Source of the DNA: Octopus bimaculoides
Taxonomy: Eukaryota
DNA length: 56,581 nt
NCBI RefSeq assembly: GCF_001194135.2
Contig: NC_068992.1
Span: 11,813,558-11,870,138, forward strand
Reading direction: 5' to 3'
Below the pieces are notes generated by a model that did not search any database, was not told the origin of the DNA, and saw only the letters and a program-made list of their open reading frames with translations. How positions within the stretch are numbered: position 1 is the first letter of the stretch; the number at the start of each line of letters is the position of its first letter. Position numbers and translations under genes: made by a program. Below, in pieces: positions 50,752 through 56,581 of this stretch.

Positions 50752-51330
50752 ATATATATATATATAAATGTCACTGAATATTTTATATTCTATAAACACG
50801 TCTCTAATCCTTGTTGTGACGCCGAAATTTTTTCTCTCGATCTCCATCTTAAGAATACTAACCGTGTCTCATCTTTCTATTAATTCTTGTCATTTCACTG
50901 TTGTTGTCTCTTCGTGTACGATGAGTTCGCACTCGAGTAGTTTCTTCCTTTTTTGAACTTTTGACTTACGGAATTCTCTTCTGTTTTCTTGTTTGTCTGA
51001 GAGATATAATCTTAATTCTTTTAAATCTTGTGTTGATAGTTTAATAGGTTTTAGAGTAGTTTCTCGTTAACTTTGCATTTCTTCCTGTTTGATGTAATTC
51101 CCAGTAAACCAAGTAGTTCTTTGAGATTGCTCATTTGTGACAGAATTATTGGACGTGTTTTTAATTTTTTTTTTTTTTAGATGTTCTGGTTTTTAAATGT
51201 ATTCCTCAAACTACTGCATCACGTCCAGCAGCTGAAAACACAGTCGTAATCTACCTGGATTTACATATAGTTTAGATGAATAAAAAAGAAAACAAGTCAA
51301 AAGAAAGCCATAAAACTTTCCTACTTAAAC

Positions 51331-51660
51331 AACTGGCATTCCGTCGGTTACGTCGACGCAGGTTCAAGTTTGATCCGATCAACGGAACAGCCTACTTATG
51401 AAAATAACATGCATATGGCTGAGTACTCCACAGCAGACACGTGTACCCATAACGTAACTCTCAGTGAGATTCAGCGTGACATAAAGTGTGACGAGGCTGG
51501 GCCATTGAAATACAGGTAGTACTCATTTTTGCCAGCTTGAGCGTCCTGGAGCAGCGTGAAAATAAAGTGTCTTGCACAAGGACACAACGCGTCACCGAGA
51601 ATTGAACATGTAAAATTACAATCGGGAAGTGAATACCCTAGCCACTAAGCCACACGCCTT
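51331..51660 (-). mobile_element. SINE family C, full length
   Basis: Reverse complement of tail GGCATTCCGTCGGTTACG...GATCCGATCAACGGAACAGCC and body GTGTCTTGCACAAGGACACAACGC. Confidence 0.85.
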
Positions 51661-52079
51661 GTCTCTACTTGAATAAAACAGGGTAGAAACAGGCAAAGGT
51701 CTTTCGGGTAATTATTTATTGAAATGAAACTTTTCATAATCTCGAAAATGTGATGATCATAATAATTTATCTAAAATAGGGAATCTCAACACCGCTCTCA
51801 AATTATACTGAATAACATTTTGAATAACCGGGTTTAAGAAGTTTGTTACTAAAATTGGGATTGACATGCGGATAGAGCATGCACAGAAAAGTGCTTTATT
51901 GAGAGACATCGACGATTTTGAGATTCGCACTTGGGTGTTAAGTCTTTTTGGGAAGAGATCTCGTGAGACCCTCGGCTACAGATTGTTGTCCGCTATTACA
52001 GAGTTAACCGGAACAAGTGGAATCGAGAGCTCTGAGAAGTGAAATGGAAAGAATAACTGTTGCTGTTGTTATAGCTATC

Positions 52080-52310
<231 letters not shown>

Positions 52311-52959
52311 GAAATAACTGCAGAATATTTTAGGGAAATAGAAGCTTTGAATGCTCAATGGTCTAGTACTCCATAAAACTTACTTGCCCTATGATAAGCT
52401 CGGGCTTTATACAAACCATGTTAAATTTTTATGGTGATAACCTATAAAAGTGAAGACGTGATGAAACCGTGAGAAAACGGAATCTGTAGCCTGTTTTAAT
52501 TTAGAAAATTGTTGCATAATATTACTTTGCCGCATATTGCATGTCAGAGGGCCAATGTTTTCTCCTGAAAATCCCGGCTTCTTCCAGATTGTCATTTAAA
52601 TATTTACTAACGTAGCCGAGTACAAGAATGATTATCGGTAAAATGTGAATTTACAATTTGGATAGAGAAAAGCAATAGATTTCGAAGCAGTTCTTCATAA
52701 ATATTCTTTTCCTTTGCTGATTATGGGAGAAATGTTCTCAACTGCAGGGCAGCTGACCTCTCTGACTGTACATCATTTCCTTTACTGTCGTAAACAGCAA
52801 TATCAGACCTGTTATGTTGGCAAATGGCGGAAATTTTGATAGGAATGCTTTACCAATATTACAGACGCTAAGATACTGATTCACACACGCACGCAAATAC
52901 ACACATACACACACACGCGCACACAGTATTCAATATATAAGCATGCATGTGTGTGCATG

Positions 52960-53003
<44 letters not shown>

Positions 53004-54832
53004 TGCAGATGTCAATAGACATTTTCCTGAGATTTATGTCAGCTATTTTTCTAAGAATTCATGCCGATCACCAAAAAAAAAACAAAAAAACTGTCAGTAA
53101 AGACAGCGTTCCAGAGAATTCTAAATATCTATTGCTACATATATNNNNNNNNNNNNNNNNNNNNNNNNNNNNNNNNNNNNNNNNNNNNNNNNNNNNNNNN
53201 NNNNNNNNNNNNNNNNNNNNNNNNNNNNNNNNNNNNNNNNNNNNNNNNNNNNNNNNNNNNNNNNNNNNNNNNNNNNNNNNNNNNNNNNNNNNNNNNNNNN
53301 NNNNNNNNNNNNNNNNNNNNNNNNNNNNNNNNNNNNNNNNNNNNNNNNNNNNNNNNNNNNNNNNNNNNNNNNNNNNNNNNNNNNNNNNNNNNNNNNNNNN
53401 NNNNNNNNNNNNNNNNNNNNNNNNNNNNNNNNNNNNNNNNNNNNNNNNNNNNNNNNNNNNNNNNNNNNNNNNNNNNNNNNNNNNNNNNNNNNNNNNNNNN
53501 NNNNNNNNNNNNNNNNNNNNNNNNNNNNNNNNNNNNNNNNNNNNNNNNNNNNNNNNNNNNNNNNNNNNNNNNNNNNNNNNNNNNNNNNNNNNNNNNNNNN
53601 NNNNNNNNNNNNNNNNNNNNNNNNNNNNNNNNNNNNNNNNNNNNNNNNNNNNNNNNNNNNNNNNNNNNNNNNNNNNNNNNNNNNNNNNNNNNNNNNNNNN
53701 NNNNNNNNNNNNNNNNNNNNNNNNNNNNNNNNNNNNNNNNNNNNNNNNNNNNNNNNNNNNNNNNNNNNNNNNNNNNNNNNNNNNNNNNNNNNNNNNNNNN
53801 NNNNNNNNNNNNNNNNNNNNNNNNNNNNNNNNNNNNNNNNNNNNNNNNNNNNNNNNNNNNNNNNNNNNNNNNNNNNNNNNNNNNNNNNNNNNNNNNNNNN
53901 NNNNNNNNNNNNNNNNNNNNNATATATATATATATATAGTTACACACACTAATGTGTGTGTCCCTGTGTGAGTGTATCCGTCAATGTATACATGTATAAG
54001 TGTATGCTTGCTTATGCGAGTGTGTTTTTTGAGTTTATGATTATGGAGTTCGATAAAAGATTAAGTATTGTAGTTATGTATCGAACTATTGTTATCAATT
54101 TATCTATCTAACAATAAATAAACATATGTGAATATATATGTAAGTCTGTATAAAGAATTCATAGACACAGTCAATAAAACTGATGAGTACTAAAAATCGC
54201 TTATTTACGTTTTTATATATAAAATATAAACACATTATGTATAAATCAATAGAAGAACGTGGATGTTTTTAGTAGGCGCACTATCAGTATATACCCACGT
54301 AGACATAACGTAAGACATTTGGTTTATGTATCCATTTAGTTATCTACGTGTTTAAATATTTTTTTTACCTATTTCTCTTTATTGCTATGTACATACAAAT
54401 ATATATACATACATATATATATTCATGTATGCATGCATTTTTTATATAGGTACACTGTACATCTACACATTTATGCATGTATATATATATATACATACAT
54501 ATATATTTATATATATATATATATATATACATACATACATATTTATATATATATATATATATATATATACATACATGCGCACACAAACACATACATACAC
54601 ACACACACACACATATATATATATACATACATACATACATACAGACACACACATATGCATGCGTGTGTAGGCGTGTTTGTGTGTACATAAACTCGCACAT
54701 AAATACAATTTCAAAAATACAACGACATTTGTACGTTCATACATACGTATACACACGTATGTTGCATGTATACATATATACATACACATGCACACACACA
54801 CACACACACANNNNNNNNNNATACATACACAT

Positions 54833-54887
<55 letters not shown>

Positions 54888-55519
54888 TTGGTGAGGGGGT
54901 GGGTGTTATGTCTATGTGTGTATATGCGCATGTATGTACGTCACCAACGATTTGTAGATGCCATGAGAATCCCTATTTAAAATGCTACGTAGAAGTTATT
55001 AATTTTTAAGACTTCCTGCTACATAACGTCGTATTCGCACTTCCGGCAAGTAGTGATGGTGGTGGGAAGAGTAGAGATAGAACATTAAAAGCTGATGCTC
55101 ACATGGTAGTATGAGGCACTTGTAATATGGATTTGTCAAATTTCGTGTGAATTTTTATTACTATCTTAAAATATTCTACTTTATTTTTTGTTGTGTGGTG
55201 GGAGAGCGCTTGTTTCTGTATGAATGATTGCAATTGTATCTTTAGGATGCAAATATAGTCAATTAGAATATGTGTGTGTATATTTATATATACACATACT
55301 TTTGTATACTTGCGTGGGTGTAACATTGCATAGGTGTGTTATATATTTTTTCTTTTATCTTCTTTTTTTTCAGTTATTTATATTTTTGTTCGTCCTTATG
55401 ATTTTGTTGATGTTGCTTTTTCACGCTTCACATAAATGCGCCTGCGCGAGCGTGTGTCATAAAACATGTAAATATATATGTGTGTGTGTATACGTATATA
55501 TATACATATATATATATAT

Positions 55520-55633
55520 ATGGGAGAATATACAAAAAATAACAACAGACGAGGACAGGTGGTGTAAATAACAAAAGTATATATTAGTATGACGCTCGGG
55601 AATACGGAAAGTCTTTGACGTTTCGAGCTACGC
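55520..55633 (-). mobile_element. Second, inverted copy of the 50587 element, truncated at (TA)n and a gap
   Basis: GGGAGAATATACAAAAAATAACAACAGACGAGGACAGGTGGTGTAAATAAC...GGAAAGTCTTTGACGTTTCGAGCTACGCT. Confidence 0.85.
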
Positions 55634-56581
55634 TATATATATATNNNNNNNNNNNNNNNNNNNNNNNNNNNNNNNNNNNNNNNNNNNNNNNNNNNNNNNN
55701 NNNNNNNNNNNNNNNNNNNNNNNNNNNNNNNNNNNNNNNNNNNNNNNNNNNNNNNNNNNNNNNNNNNNNNNNNNNNNNNNNNNNNNNNNNNNNNNNNNNN
55801 NNNNNNNNNNNNNNNNNNNNNNNNNNNNNNNNNNNNNNNNNNNNNNNNNNNNNNNNNNNNNNNNNNNNNNNNNNNNNNNNNNNNNNNNNNNNNNNNNNNN
55901 NNNNNNNNNNNNNNNNNNNNNNNNNNNNNNNNNNNNNNNNNNNNNNNNNNNNNNNNNNNNNNNNNNNNNNNNNNNNNNNNNNNNTATATATATACACATC
56001 TATATATTGTGTTATACGTTTCAGCCTTGAGGCTGTGGCCATGCCGGGGCACCGCCAGTGAGATATATGTGTGTGTATGTGAGTATGTGTATATATATAT
56101 ATTTATATATATATAGATAGATAGATAGACAGATATACATGTAAGTATGCACATATATACACACATATATATATATACGCATACATACACATGCATATAC
56201 ACACAGATATCTATACATTCTAGATAAATATTGTTATATATATATATGCATATATATATATGGTATATATAAATATTGGTATATATATCCTACCGTTTTG
56301 TTTCTTTAAAACTAAATTTACGAAGAAATTCTTCCTCTATTTCAATGTCTCCTGGGCCTTAAACTAATAATTTTATTTCGCATTCACGTTGTCGTTTTTG
56401 GTATTCACGTCATTAAATTCGAAAACACACATATATATACATACATGCATACATACACACATGCATGCATACGTATATACAGACACATATATACATACAT
56501 GCATGCATACATACATGTGGGTGAGTGTGTTGGTGTGTGTGCATGTGTATGTATAATCTATGTATATATATATATATATAT

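Overview
AT-rich metazoan genomic DNA, dense in microsatellites, with about 3.5 kb of N gaps. The repeat repertoire (several tRNA-derived SINE families, Penelope-like, Tx1/L1-like, R4-like and mariner remnants) looks like a coleoid cephalopod, probably Octopus; this is inferred from recalled repeat families. No complete protein-coding gene or confidently identifiable constitutive exon is visible, and almost all ORFs in the supplied track are translations of microsatellites or N gaps. The window most likely lies in very long intron(s). The most interesting signal is a + strand chain of six short candidate exons (42, 42, 18, 33/36, 27, 27 nt) between 25.5 and 47.4 kb. Each has mostly strong splice sites, a length divisible by 3 and an open frame in phase 1, so they could be freely combinable cassette/microexons of an unidentified host gene. 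Other points of interest: two more 3n exon-like units whose phase-1 frame ends in TGA just before a perfect donor; minimal hammerhead-like motifs in Penelope-related repeats; a Tx1-like 3' end sitting in a (GATA)n array; a tRNA-Gly-like element lacking the D arm; a diverged duplicated non-coding module; and two long fold-back elements. All exon calls come from reading splice motifs by eye and need RNA-seq or homology support.
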